Shown here: positions 1 through 15,803 of the stretch, piece after piece | How positions within the stretch are numbered: position 1 is the first letter of the stretch | Layout: the number at the start of each line of letters is the position of its first letter | Assembly (NCBI GenBank): GCA_004431415.1 | Contig: QPMI01000062.1 | Span: forward strand, 1-64,000 | From: Cyanophora paradoxa CCMP329 | Lineage: Eukaryota; Plantae; Glaucophyta | Length of the DNA: 64,000 nucleotides | Direction of reading: 5' to 3' | Notes under the pieces: model-generated | Database searches by the model: none | Seen by the model: the letters and a program-made list of their open reading frames with translations, nothing else | Told to the model about the DNA's origin: nothing | Position numbers and translations under genes: made by a program

Positions 1-80
1 AGCTCGAGGCGCCCGGCTGGGCCCCTGCTTGAGCCGGCCGGGCGAGAGTCGCGGGGGCGGGGGCGGGGCGGCCGGGGCCC

Positions 81-2839
81 CTAGTAGGCGTAGGAGAAGA
101 GGGGACGGCGGAGGCCGAGGGGCGCCGGGTCGGCGTAGAGGGAGCGGAAGTGGTCGAGCGCCGAGGGCGGCTGTCCGGGGCGCCCCTCGGCCCCGCCCAG
201 CCCGCCCCCGAGACCACTCGAGAAGGCGGGGCGGGAGGAGAGGGCGGGGGCGGGGCCGAGGCCGGCGTGGAGGCTCCACGCGGAGCCGGAGCGGAGGAGG
301 GGCGAGGAGAAGGGGATGTAGGGGGAGGCGGCGAGGAGGCGGGCGTAGAGGGACGACGGCGGCGCCACGCGGTCGAGCGCCGCCGAGAGGCGTGCCAGGG
401 CGCCCCCCGCGGGGGGGTACGTCGCCGAGGGCCGCAGCGGGTCGGGGTGGCGGAAGAGGCCGGCGGAGGAGGGGAGGTACGCGGAGACGAGGGAGGGGTA
501 CCGGTACGGCGCGGGGCTCGCGGAGGGGGCGGGCCCCGCGCGGAGGGAGGCCGGGGCGAAGGCGGCCGAGGCGGTGGCGGCGTGGCGGGCTGGGGCAGGC
601 GTGTAGAGGGCTCCAGCGGAGAGGGAGCGGCGGAGGGGCGAGGGACGGCTCGGGCCGGCGCCGGCGGGGCGGGGGGCGAGGTCCGACGGCCGCGTCGGCA
701 CGCGGGGCGGGGGCGGGGGGCGGGCCGGGCCGGGGCGGCGGGGGCGGGGCGGGCCTCGTGGGCGGCGGCCATGGCCTGCAGCTGGGCGGCGAGGGAGCGG
801 CGCACGGAGGAGCCTGCGGGGCGTCAGGAGGGGCCCGGGGTGGCGGCGGGGGCCGCCCGCACCGGCGGAGACGTTGAGCAGGTCGCCGCCCCCGCGGGCC
901 CCGGCGGGGCCGGCGGGGAGGGGCGCGGGGGCTCGGGCTCGGAGCCGGCGGGGGCCGCGGCCGCCTCGGGGCCGCGAGATTGGCAGCCGGGACCGGGGCG
1001 GCGAGTCCTCCTCGAGCTGCGGGCGGCGGGGGCGGGTGAGGCGGGGCGGGCGGGCGGACGGGGAGCATTGGGAAGGGCGGGGCGCACGCTGGGAGCCTCG
1101 ACGAGGAGGGCGGGGACGGCGGCGGCCGGGAGGAGCCGCGGCTCGTGTCGAACGCCGGCGACTGCACGTGCACGCTCGGCGAGCTGCTCGGCCCGATCGG
1201 CGAGGCCCCCGCCAGCGTCCCCGCCCGCTGCCCCCGCCCGGCGTCCACTCCGCCCCGCTGCGCCCCGCGTGAGGCCTGGCCCTGGCGGACCCGCGCCGAG
1301 CGCCAAGGGCGCGCACGGGGCGATGGGGAGAGGCCCCAGGGGTGCGGCGAGGGCGGCGCGCGGGGCGGGCGGCCGACGGTGCCGATGGGCGTCCCGGCGT
1401 CGTGGTCGAATCCGATGGAGAGGCCCTGCGCGGCGTCAGGCGGCGCGGCGCGGCGAGAGGCGCGGGCCGCGAGGGCCGCACGCACGTTCGTGAGGAACGG
1501 GGAGTGGGCGGCGGCGGGGTGCGGGCGGAAGAGGGAGGGCGCGCGGCGGGCCGGGGACGGGGAGACGAGGGGCCGGTGCGCGAGGGCGGGCGGGTGCGGG
1601 GGCGTGCCGTCCCCGTCCGACGAGAGGCGGTGCGAGCGGCGCGGAGTCGGCTCCCGCGAGAAGTGCACGTGCACGTCCCGCCGCCCCTGCCCCCCGCTGC
1701 TCTGCCCGCTCCCCGGCGTCCGCAGCTCCCCGCGTGGGGCGGCGGCGACGGCGGCGGCGCGGCGGCGCGGTGCGACGGCTCCTCGGCGGCCGACATGAAG
1801 TACTCCGCGATGCTGCCCCGCACCGAGAGGCGCGAGGGGCTCCCGGGAATCGGCGACACGGGCGGCTCGAGCCGCGCGGGGCGCGCCGCGCGGGCGGCCG
1901 TGCCGGGGACCGCCGGCCCGGCCTTGAGGGCTGAGTGCCGCGGCTTCGCGAGCGGGTCGTGCAGATCGCACTCGATGATGTGCATGTGCTGCGCGGCGCA
2001 CGGTCGGGCGGTCAGGCGCGCGCCGCTGGGGGCCCGCGGGCGAGCCGCACCGAGCCCGGCGGGATGGAGACGGCCGTCTGGGATCCCACCCCGGGCGATC
2101 CAGGCCTGCGGGAAGGGGTAGATGCCGGGTCGGTGGTGCACGAGGGGCCGGGGGCGGGCGGGGGCGGGGCCGCACGAGGCTCTCGTGGGCGGGTCGGGCC
2201 CGGCGGAATGCATGCGCCCGTAGAGGTCCGCCATGCTGACCTTCGGCGGCGGCTCCGCGCTCATCTCCGGCGACCAGTCGCTCCGGTCCCCCGGCGCTGC
2301 GCCCGCGTCGGGGGCGCGCGGGGCGGGGCGCCTCGCGCGGGCGGCGGGCGCACTCTTCGGGGCCGGGGAGAGCGGCCGGCCGCGCGCCGCGGACGAGGGC
2401 GTGCGGGACGAGGAGCCCTCGCCGCCTCCCTCCCGGTAGAGCACCACCGGGCCCTTCGGCACGCCCCGCGCCGGCTGCGCGCAGCCGCGGTTGGAGGAGC
2501 GGCGGAACGCGGGCGCGGGAGGCCGGCGCGCACGCGGTGGGGCGTCGTGTAGGCCGCGCGCTTCTCAAAAAAGTCGCCCGCATCGTCCTCGTCCTCGGGC
2601 TCGCTCTGCAGCGCTGGCGGCTGTCCGGTGCCCGGGCTCCGCAGGCCGAAGCTGTCGCCGAAAATGATGTCCGTGGGAAACAGGGCGGCCAGCGTCCCTA
2701 TGCTAAGGTTCGTCTTGTCGACAGGCGTCGCCGGCGCGCTCGCGAAGACGCCCGCAAAGTCCGGGAAGTTGATGCGGGACGCATCGCCCGCGAACGGGTC
2801 CCGGCGACGAGAGTTGCTTTCGTCGGAATCGTCCATCAT
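81..2839 (-). CDS. Hypothetical low-complexity Pro/Ala/Ser-rich protein (multi-exon)
   Basis: Starts MMDDSDESNSRRRDPF at 2839. A GTGCGC...GCAG intron joins TTPHR to PARGVPKGPVV. Ends ...LRRPLFSYAY* at 81. No recognisable domain, and internal splicing is uncertain. Confidence 0.5.
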
Positions 2840-3455
2840 CGCGCAGCGCTGGAGGGCGTGCGGGGACTCGTTGGCGGTGCTGGGTGCGGCACGCTTGCGC
2901 CGGGGAGCGGCGGCACGACGCTGTCGCTTCCTACGTGCACCGCCGGCTTCGTGCTGACCGCCTCTCGCGTACTGCGCCCCCGCGCGAGCTGCTGACCAAG
3001 ATCGGCGCTTCGAAAAGGTTGGCGCCAAACGGGTTGCAAACTGGCCGACGCCGACGCCGTACCCCAGAAATTGTCAGGTCTTGAACCCGGCGTACGGCCA
3101 GCCTTGCGAGCGGTCCAACGCATTACCGAGCGCACGGCCTAGCTGCTACTTCGCTTTCTGCCCCCACCAAGAAATTTCGTACGGGTCGCGTAGGGAGAGC
3201 TTCTCCCTTGCACACGCGTCGGCCCAGCGCTCCCTGCGCTTCCATTCCAGTCAACTAAGGAGCTCTCAAGGGCAGCGCACGACGGCATCAACGCAACCAG
3301 TGCTGCCCGCATCGGCCTTCCACGGCCGCACCAGCCGCCCGGCATCTGACCTGTCATAACCGGCCTGCCCGCTTGCGTACGACAGCAGCAGAGCGGCTGG
3401 GCCGGCGCGCGGTCGTCCGTCGCACGGGAGGAGCTCGAGTCTAGCTTCCAGCGCC

Positions 3456-4952
3456 ATGGCCACGCAGGAGGACCGCGACGAAGCCCTCGCGCGAGCGCTC
3501 CAGCAGCAGGAATACCAAGCGGCGGGGTACGCAGGCCCGGCCTCCCGCCCCAGCGCACCGCCGGCGCTCGGTGTGCCCGTGGACTCTGCTCCGGCCTACG
3601 GCTACCCAGCGGCGGGCTACCCAGCGGCGGCGGCAGCGCCGTATCCGGGCCAGCCCGTGCGGTCAGCGGCGGCGCCCCCCTCGGCGCAACAAGGCGGCGC
3701 CGGCGCCGCGCTGAGCGGCTTCCTCGGTTCGCCGGCTGGGCGCGCGCGCGCGGGGCTCGCGGCCGCTGACCTCCGGCTGCAGCGGGGAAGCCGTACGTGG
3801 TGATCGCCCTCAGCGTCGTCAACGTGCGCTCCGCCCGAGCGCCGCACGCCGCGCCCCGCGCCTCAGGCGCCTCGCCCCAGGTCGTGATGTTCCTGGTGGA
3901 GCTGTGGGCGGGGCGCGGCTTCGCGCCCCCCGCCGAGAACCCGCTGCTGGGCCCCTCCACGGACGCGATGGTCTCGCTGGGCGCCAAGGACTCCACCCGC
4001 ATGCGCGACGGCGACTGGTCCGCCCCGCCCCGCCCCGCCCCGCACCCCCGCCCCGGCCCCAGCGGGGTACAGGTGGCGCTTCCTGGCGCCGACGTTCCTG
4101 CACGGCGGCGTCATCCACCTCGCCGTCATCCTCTTCTCGCTGGCGCGCCGTACCCCCAGACCCTTGCTCCCCGTACCCCCGGCCCTGATGCCCCCGCAGC
4201 TCGGGTTCGGGATACAGGTCGAGCGCGCCTTCGGGTCGCCCCGCACCGCCGCCGTGTACCTCATCTCGGGCGTGGGGGGTACCCTCGCTTCCGCCCTCAT
4301 GGACCCGGGTCCGGCCACGCCCCTTCCCCCTTCTTTCCCCCCTCGAACGCGCCGTACCCAGCGTCCATCTCGGTGGGGGCCTCCGGAGCGGTCTTCGGCC
4401 TCGTGGGCGCCATGTTCGCCTTCGTTGGCTTCAACGCGCGTACCCCCCAGGCCCCGGCCCCGGCGCCCGCCGGGGGCGAGCGCGCGTGACGGGCGCCTCA
4501 GTGGGGCGCGATCGACGCGCCGCGGCGGGCGCTGGCGGCGCTGCTGGTGACGGCGGCGGTGAACTTCATCATCGGCCTCCTCGTCAAGTTCGTCGACAAC
4601 TGGTGCGCCCCCGCCGCCCGCCGCCCCCGCCGGCTCTTGCTTCCTTCCGGCGCCCCCGACGCCGCGGGGCGGGGCAGGGCGCACCTGGGCGGCTTCTTCT
4701 GCGGCCTCTGCGCCGGCGCCGCCTCCGCCCCGACCGCCGAGAAGCTCCCCGTGCGCGCCCCGTACCCCGCTCCAGCGCGGGCGAGCTGACCGCCGGCGCG
4801 CGCGGGGCGGCGTGCAGGCGCGGCTGGCGCCGCGGTGGCACGGGCCGGTGCGGGCGGCGGGGGCGCTGCTGCTCGTCGCGTACCTCACCCTCTGCTTCGC
4901 CCTCTTCTACGCCGGCATCGCCGGCCCGGGGCCCGTCCACGTCAACACCTAG
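3456..4952 (+). CDS. Rhomboid-family intramembrane serine protease with an N-terminal UIM-like motif
   Basis: Spliced product has the WR motif (DWWRFLAPTFLHGGVIHL), the catalytic GxSG (SVGASGAVFG) and DNWAHLGG. N-terminus is DEALARALQQQE. Eight introns, two of them GC-AG (4143-4199, 4436-4501). Confidence 0.92.
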
Positions 4953-5036
4953 CCCCCCGCCCGCCCCCCGCCGCTGCCCTCTCCTCCTCTCTTACAGTAC
5001 TAGTACACTACACTACGCTACGCTACGGGACCGGCG

Positions 5037-8000
5037 CTAGCCCTGCTCGCTCTGCATGCTCTGCACGCTCTGCCTGCGGGAGGCGGTGGAGTAGGCGCGG
5101 ATGAGGCCCGGCTGCCCCGGGGAACCCGCCCCGGCCCGGGCCCGCCGCCTGCCCCGCCGCTCCGCCCCGCCCCGCCGCCCCCGCCCCGCCCCGCCCCCGC
5201 CCCCGTCGTCGTCGTCGTCGTCGTCGGAGTGGACGTGGAGGAGGCCGACGGAGCCGGCGCGGGAGAGGGCCGAGAAGCCCCCGCGCGACGCCCCGCTCGC
5301 CGCCGAGCCCGGCCGCCCCCCCGCCCCCTCCTCCTCCTCCCGCCGTTTCGCCGCCTCCTCCTCCTCCCGCCGCCGCCGCTCGACGTCGAAGCGGCGGATC
5401 TTCTCCCGGATGGCCTCCCGCCGCGCCCTGCGCAGGGCGAGTCAGGGCGCCGGGGCCCCTCCCGCCGAGGGCCGCACCGGACTGCGCGGAGGATGCGGCG
5501 GATGACGACCTGCGCGCGGGGCGCGGGGCGGGGCCTCGGCCTCAGAAGAGGGGGCGGGGCGAGCGGGCGGGGGCCCAGGGGGGCGCACGGCGTCGTAGTA
5601 GTCGAGGAGGACGTCGAGGTCGCGGCGCACGAGGTAGCCGCGGTACACGCGCTGCAGCGTCACCACCGCCCACACCTCCCGCGCGCTCAGCAGCTGCCGC
5701 GAGGCTCAGAGCTGGACAGACGGGAGATGGGCTGGACGTGGCCGTCACCTTGTACCAGCGCGCGCGGACGCGGGCCCGGTACCAGCGCTGCACGCGCGTG
5801 GCGGCGACGTTGCGCCGCTGCCGCTCGCGCAGCCGCTTCCCGTAGTCCCGCAGGTGCCGCCACGTCTCCTCCTCCAGGCACGCCCGCGCCCAGTACCCTG
5901 CCCACCCCCGGCTTCGCTCGCCGGCCAAACACGCGAAGGCGGGGGCGGGCGGCGGACCGCGCCAGACGCGCTGGATGACGGTGGCGCGGCGGCCCATCTC
6001 GGCGAGGCGGAGGGCGAGGCGGGCGGCGAGCCAGACGCGGGCGTGCCGCTGGATCACCTTGGCCGCCCTGCCGCACCCGTGAACCCGGCCCCGGACGCCG
6101 GCTCGCCGCGCGGGGCGGCACCGGTTGAAGCGGAAGAGGGCGAGGCGGGCGCGCTCGGCGAGCTCCTGGCGGGCGAGCTGCGCGAAGCGGTGCCGCACCG
6201 CCGCCTGCACCCGCACCGCCGCCTCCACCGCCACCTCCGGCTCCAGCCCGTACCGCCGGCCTGCCCCGCCTCAGCCGGCGCGGGCGCGGGGGCGGGGGCG
6301 GGGGCGGGGGGCGGGGGGCGGACAGAGGCGGCGGAAGCGGAGGCCCTGGGCGTACCACCACCAGAACTGGATCGAGCGCGCCGCCCGTTCCCGCCGCGCG
6401 TGGAACTCTGCCCCCCCGCGTGAGCCTGGGCCCCCGAAGACAGGCGCCGCGGGCGGGGGCGCCGCGCACGGGGCATCATGCGGCGGAGCCAGGTCTGGAG
6501 CTTGATGGCGGACCAGAGCATCTGCATGGCGCGCCGCCGCGCCTGCACCCGCGCCCGGTACTTTCGGAACGCTGCGCCCCGTCAGGCCGCTGCCCGGGGG
6601 CGGGGGCGGGGGAGGGGCGGGGCCGGGGCGCGCCGAGCTGGACAACGGAGGCGGCGTACTCGCGGCGGTGGGAGGCCGGGGGGAAGCGGGAGAAGGAGCG
6701 CGGGCGCTCGACCTCGAGCTCCGCCATGAAGCGCCGCCGCGCCTGCTCCCACTCCCGCCGGCTCTTCAGCGCCACCCGCGTCGAGATCGCCCCCGCCGCC
6801 CCGCCGCCACCCCGTCGGGCGGGGGCTCGCGCGGGCGCCCGCCCGGGGCGCCCAGGCGGCGCCGCGCTGCTGGGAGCCCCCGGGGCGGCCTGGAGGAGCA
6901 TCTGCTGCTGCTGCGCGGCGGCGGCGGCGGCGGCGTCGCGCTTGGCCGGGGCGTGGCGTAGTCGTCGCAGGCGGTGACGTCGGGGGGCCGGTGCGCGAAG
7001 GGCGCGGCGCCGAAGTTGAGGGCGAGGGCGGCGGCGCCCGGGCGATGGCGTCGGCCACGAGGGCGTCCAGGCCCGAGCGCGGCGGCGCCGGCCGCAGGCC
7101 CGAGGCGGGCGCGCGCCCCTCCCTGAACGAGGCGGAGCGGGAGGGGCTCTCCGGGGGCGAGGGCGGCAGGGTGGGGCCCATGAGCGCGAAGGCGGGGATG
7201 AGGTGCTCCTTCCGGATGCGCTCCCTGGCCCCCGCTGAGGGGAGGGGCGCAGCGGAGGAGGAGGCGGGCGGGGGCGCACGCGTGCTCGTCGGCGTCGTCG
7301 GGGGCCCAGCAGCGGGCCCCCGGCCCGAAGGCGGCCCCCAGGGCCTCCCCTCCGGCGCCGTAGAAGGAGATCTCCCCCGCCCGCAGGTCCGCCACCACTC
7401 CCAGCGTCGCTGCCCGCTCCGCCCCGCCCGTCCCCAGCCGCGCGGGCTCGCAGTACCTGGGGGAGGTGAGGGGGGGAGAGGGGAGGGGGCAGGGGAGGGC
7501 GCGGACGGGGCGGGGCGCTGGTCGTGCCAGGCGGTGCCGTCGGAGGCGAGGCCGAAGGAGGCGGCGTCGCCCCCGGGCCACGGCGAGCCCGCCACGGGGT
7601 CCGACGTCCACCCCACCATCCACGGCGCCCACGTCGGCACCGTCACCTGCGCCCGCCCCGGCCCCGCCCTCTCAGTCAGGCCCCACGAAAAGCTCCCGTG
7701 CGGGGCGCGGGCCTCGAAGTAGAAGCGGTGGGTGGCGGCGAGGCGGCCCTCCACGAGGCCCAGCACCGCCCGCACGTCCTCCAGCAGCTCCTCGGGGCGC
7801 GCGGGGGGCGCCAGCCGGTTTCCCGCCCGCCCCGGCAGGAAGTACCCCAGCGCCGTCAGCCGCTCCCCGATCGCCTCCCGCGCCTGCGGGGGGCGGGGCG
7901 TCGGGGGCGGGCGCGCAGGGCTCCCAGAGGGGCGGGGCGGGGCGGACGGCGTTGGGGTTGGCGAGGACGAAGGCGTGGAGCTCGTGGGAGGGGTGCACGG

Positions 8001-10030
8001 CGTCCAGCAGCCGGGCGAGGGCCCGCAGCAGCGCGGGGCCCGAGGGCGGCCCCGGCGCCGCCACCTCGCGCCGCACCGAGGCCACCAGGTCGAAGGCGAC
8101 GGCGGTGGCCGAGGAGGTGAGCGCCCAGGGCCCGTCCGTGGCCCGCGTCGTGCCCCAGCGCGGGTGCCGGGAGGGCCGGTCCCCGTGCGTCGCCGTCAGC
8201 TGGTCGGGGGAGAGGGCCACCCAGTCGTCCGTGTCGATGGCGTTGAGCGTGATGAGGCGCTGCAGGCGGAGCGCGGGGTTCCCCGCCGCCCGCACCCGCC
8301 CCAGCAGCACCCCCTGCTCGTGGAGCCGCAGCAGGAGCGCCTCCTTCTGGTCCTGCAGCGTCCGCCGCGCCGCCGCCGAGAGGATCTGCCCGAAGCGCGC
8401 GATGAGGGCGGGGCCCTCCTGGAAGTTCTGGTGGACCTCCCGCTTGCGCCGCTCGCCCCGGTTCCACAGCTCCTCGTGCAGCTCGGCCCGGGCCCGCGCC
8501 GTCGCCTGCAGCAGGCCCCGCTCGGAGCGGAGCACGGACCCCTTGAGGATCTTCTTCAGGCGGTGCCGCTCCCCCCGGCTGCGCCCCCCGGTTGAGCCAA
8601 GCCGAGCGCAGCGCGGCGGGGTGCAGAGCGGGCGGACTTGACGAGGGCGCCGATGGTCTCGTAGCGAAGCTCGGCGAGGCGGCGGTCGGCGTCGAGCTCG
8701 CGGTTGCGCCGCGCGATCTCCGCCAGCTCCCGCTGGTTCCGCAGCAGCGCCTCCTCCCCCCGCGTCGCCACCAGCGCCCGCACCCCCCGCGACCAGCTCC
8801 CCACCAGCGCGCTCTCCCGCGCCAGCGGGCCCGCCGCCTCCGCCTCCGCCGCCCCCGAGACGACCGCCGCCGCCTCCGCCCGCGCCTTCGCCGCCTCGTT
8901 CATCCGCTCCATCTGTCCCCGACCGTCGGCCCCGCGCCGGCTCGATTTGCGGGCGGGGCGGGCACCCAGCGGGGCAGCATCTCGGGGCGGAGGTGCTTGG
9001 GGGGCGCCGGCGCCCGCCCCGGCCCCTTCTTGGCGCGCTTCCCCCCGGCCCCCTTCTCGCCCTTCTGCACGTGCTCGTCCTGCACCGCCGAGACCAGGTC
9101 CAGCAGGCTCTGCGCGGAGAAGGCGAACGCCGTCGGCCCCGGCCGCGCCGGCGGGCGGAGCGGCGGGGCGGGGCCCCACCGTGGGCCGCGCGGCCGCCTC
9201 CGGCGCACGCAGGTCGCCCCCGCTCTGCACGAAGCCCCCCGCCGCCGCCTTCTGCCTGATGCTCCGCCGCAGCCGCTGCCGGATCTCGTCCCGCAGGCCC
9301 GGCCTGCGCCGCGCAAAGCGTGGGGGCCCTGGCGGGGCGGGGCGGGGCGGGGCGGGGCGGGGGGGACACCTGAAGATCCGGCGGCCGGCGCGGGAGCGCA
9401 TCTCGGTGGCCCGCCCGTCGCCCTCGCCCTCGCCCGAGGAGCTGCGCAGCAGGGTCGGCAGGGGCCGCGGGCGGCGCGACGCGGGGCGGGGCGGGGCGGG
9501 GCCGGCGCGCACTCCGACTCGCTCTCCTCGTCGCTGTAGTCGACGCGGTTGGAGAGGTTGTCGACGCCGCGCTTGATGCCGTTGCGGAACTCCGCGAACG
9601 ACGTCAGCAGCGGCGTCGCCTTCGCGTCGCCGCCCCGCACGAGCGCCAGCAGGTACGCCGACGGGCTCCTGAACGAGCCCCCCGCCCTCCTCTCGCCGCC
9701 CTCCGCGGCGGCCGGCGCGGGGCTCACGCTGCGCGAGCCGCGGGGCGAGACGCGCGGGGAGGCGCCCGGCATCATGGACGTGCGGCGCGCCGCGGCGGCG
9801 GCTATCAGGCGCTCCTGGCTTTTGACACGCGACGGGCTCAGCAGGTTGACCTCGCTATTCGCCGGCGAGAGCGAGCTCGTGCTCTGCTGGTGGCCTGCGA
9901 TTGAGCTGCTGCGCCGCGAGTTCAGCGGCTCCGGGGTGCTACTGTGGCTGGCGGGCGCCGCGAGGCTCGCCCCCGAGCTCTGGCGGGACGGCTTGCCGGG
10001 CGGCGCCCCGACCGACATCGTGTTCAGCAT
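5037..10030 (-). CDS. Large protein with coiled coils, a SPRY/B30.2-like domain and multiple IQ calmodulin-binding motifs
   Basis: SPRY-like segments: HRFYFEV, WMVGWT, SFGLASDGTAWHD, LGVVADLRAGEISFY, LIPAFALMG, LALNFGAAPFAHRPP. IQ motifs include IKLQTWLRR, SIQFWW, VIQRVWRG, RVQRWYRA and TLQRVYRGYLVRR. Stop at 5037. Confidence 0.65.
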
Positions 10031-10278
10031 CTTGCTCCCTAGCTAAGAACTACACGTAGCTAAGGCCGGCGCGTGTGTCTAGGGCATTCTCCGTCCGCAC
10101 CGCCCGCGGGCGGCGTTAGCCCCCAGAAACGCTCAGCAGGCTCAGCAAGCGCGCCTTAGCCGGCCTGACCGAGCTGGCTCGCTGCGCATGCAAAACGCGC
10201 CTGGCTCGACTCGACCGCTCCTCAAAGACCACGGTTCGACTCCAGACGACGCGGTTCTGCGCAGCGGCGAAAATCGGC

Positions 10279-13344
<3,066 letters not shown>

Positions 13345-13676
13345 CGTGGCTCGATCGGGTTCACCGACGCGCGCGGGACAATCTGTGATGCGAGAATGCG
13401 AGTGAGCTTTTAGCTAGCTTCGACTGCGGGGCGCAATGCGGGGAGGCTGCGAAGAACTGGTTCTGACTCTGGGCGGCTGTGCCGAATCGACGGCCCGGCG
13501 CGCAGATGGGGGAGGAATATGACCCTAGGCATTCCCGACCCGCTGCGCACCTGAACGCGTGTGCGAGGGTCGGCCGACAGAGATGAAAGGCGACTTTTGC
13601 AAACTGGTACCCAGGCAGGGGGGAAGAAGCAGGGGGGGAAGAAGTCCGTGACGAAGCACGAAGGTTCTCAGCGACG

Positions 13677-15549
13677 ATGGCGGGCGGTCGTGCGCTGCCG
13701 CTCCTCGGAGCGCTGTTGCTGCTGGTGCTTGCAGTCGAAGCCGGCCGCAACTTCTACGATGGTGCGTGTAGCTCGCGCGCGGCCGCCTGCGGATGAGAGG
13801 GTCCGGCGGGTTGATCGGCGTCTCGAACGCGAGATATAAGCGCCCGCTGGCCGCCGCGGACTCTGCGGATGTGCGGCTGAACTCACGGCCCCGCGTCCCG
13901 CGCAGTTCTCGGCGTGTCCAAAGACGCTTCGACAGCGGAGATCAAAAAGGCATATCGCAAGCTCGCACCAAAGTACCACCCAGGTTCGCGTCCAGCCGCC
14001 AGCAGATGGCAGTGCCAGGCCATGGCTGAACCCTCGCGCAGATAAGAACCAAGGCGACAAGCAGGCCGAGAAGATGTTCCAGGAGCTCGCGAACGGTGCG
14101 GTCTCGCCCCGCTCTGGTCGCGCGCGGCGGAGGCGCGATTGCAGCCGAGCCCCCGCTCTCAGCGTACGAGGCACTCTCGGACCCCGAAAAGCGGGCGAAG
14201 TACGATCAGTTCGGCGAGGAGGGCCTGAAGGAGGGCGGCCGCGGCAGCGGCTTCTCCGACCCGATGGACCTCTTCAGCATGTCCGCGCCGCCGCGCCGCC
14301 CAGCGACGCGACGCGCACGCTGAGCCGGGGCGCGCAGGTTCGGCTTCAACTTCGGCGGCCGGCGCAGCGGCGGCGGCCACGGTGCGCGCGCACCCACCCG
14401 CGCCCGTGCGCGGCGCGGGGCCGAGCGGTGCGGGGCGGGTCGGGGCAGACCACGAGCAGGAGATCCCGAAGCGGCCGGACACGACGGTGGACCTGCACGT
14501 CAACCTCGAGGACCTCTACCTCGGCCGCGAGATGCCCGTGCGCTCCCGTCCCTTCTCCGCCCCGCTCCCGCCGGCCCCCGTGCAGATCCGCGCCCCCGCC
14601 CGCCCCGCAGATCCTCCTCGGCCAGCAGAAGCTCTGCAACAAGTGCCGCGGCACCGGCGCCAAGGACGGTGCGCCGCCCGCACGGGGATCGCCCGCGGCG
14701 CGCCCGCCGCCCACGGCCGGCGGCGCGCGCGCGCAGGGGAGGTGACGACGTGCAAGAAGTGCGGGGGCAAGGGCATGACGGTGCAGGTGCACCAGCTCGG
14801 CCCGGGCTTCATCCAGCAGGTCCAGTCGGCGTGCGTCCAGGCCTCCCGCCCCCCGCGCCGCCGGCCGCCGGGCGCGGCTGACGGGGGCGGGGGCAGGTGC
14901 ACGGAGTGCGGGGGCAAGGGGAAGGTGATCAAGAGCAAGTGCAAGAAGTGCGGGGGCACCAAGGTCATGTACGACGAGGACGAGGTCACCGTCACCATCG
15001 AGCGCGGCATGCCCGACGGCCACGTCATCGTCCGCCCCGCCCCGCCCCCCCGCAGCTCGTCCGCTCTGCCCCGCCGACGGGCTGTGGGCGCGCCGCAGAA
15101 ATTCGGGGGCCAGGGCGAGGAGGCGCCGGACACGACGCCGGGCGACCTGCTCTTCCGCGTCGTCACCAACGCGCACCCCAAGTTCTCCCGCAAGGCCCGC
15201 CCCGCCCCGCCCCGCCCCGCCCCGCCCCCGAAGCCGAGGGGCGGGGGAGCGAGCGGGGGCGGGGGCGCAGAACGACGACCTGTACCACGCGATGACGATC
15301 ACGCTGCTGGAGGCGCTCGTCGGCTTCTCGCGCAACATCACGCACCTGGACGGGCACACCGTGGAGCTCGTGAAGGAGTCGGTGACGAAGCCCGGGGAGG
15401 TGATGGTGGTGCGGGGCGAGGGGATGCCGGTGCACACGACGCCCTCGGAGCGGGGCAACCTGCACGTCACCTTCACCGTCAAGTTCCCCGAGAAGCTCTC
15501 CGAGGAGCAGCGCACCGCCATCCGCTCCATCCTCACCGGCGTCTCCTAG
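13677..15549 (+). CDS. Signal-peptide-bearing type I DnaJ/Hsp40 (ER-luminal Scj1/ERdj3-like)
   Basis: Signal peptide [22 protein letters not shown], then GRNFYDVLGV, HPD motif, four CxxCxGxG/K repeats and a DnaJ C-terminal domain ([15 protein letters not shown]). No KDEL/HDEL; ends ILTGVS*. Confidence 0.9.
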
Positions 15550-15803
15550 CCCGCCCCGCGCCCCCCCGGGCCCCGCCCCTCCCCCCTCCCCCCGCGGCGG
15601 CCGCTCAGCATGGCCCACCCTTATTTCAGATAGCTTCCGTAGGCTCAGTCTTTGAGTGCGAAGAGAACGACACCCGCACGCCCCCTGGGTCGCCCCGACA
15701 CGCACACGCAGCCGCGGCTTCAGTCCGGACCCCCCACACACAGAGAGGAAAGCCGACGATAGAATTCAGAGGCTAAATAAGCGCATGTACAGGGGGCGTG
15801 CGG

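Noticed and set aside
13762-13905. 144-nt first intron of the ER DnaJ as a snoRNA host
   Set aside because: The C box is degenerate (CGGATGA), there is no ACA box, and no guide complementarity was recognised.
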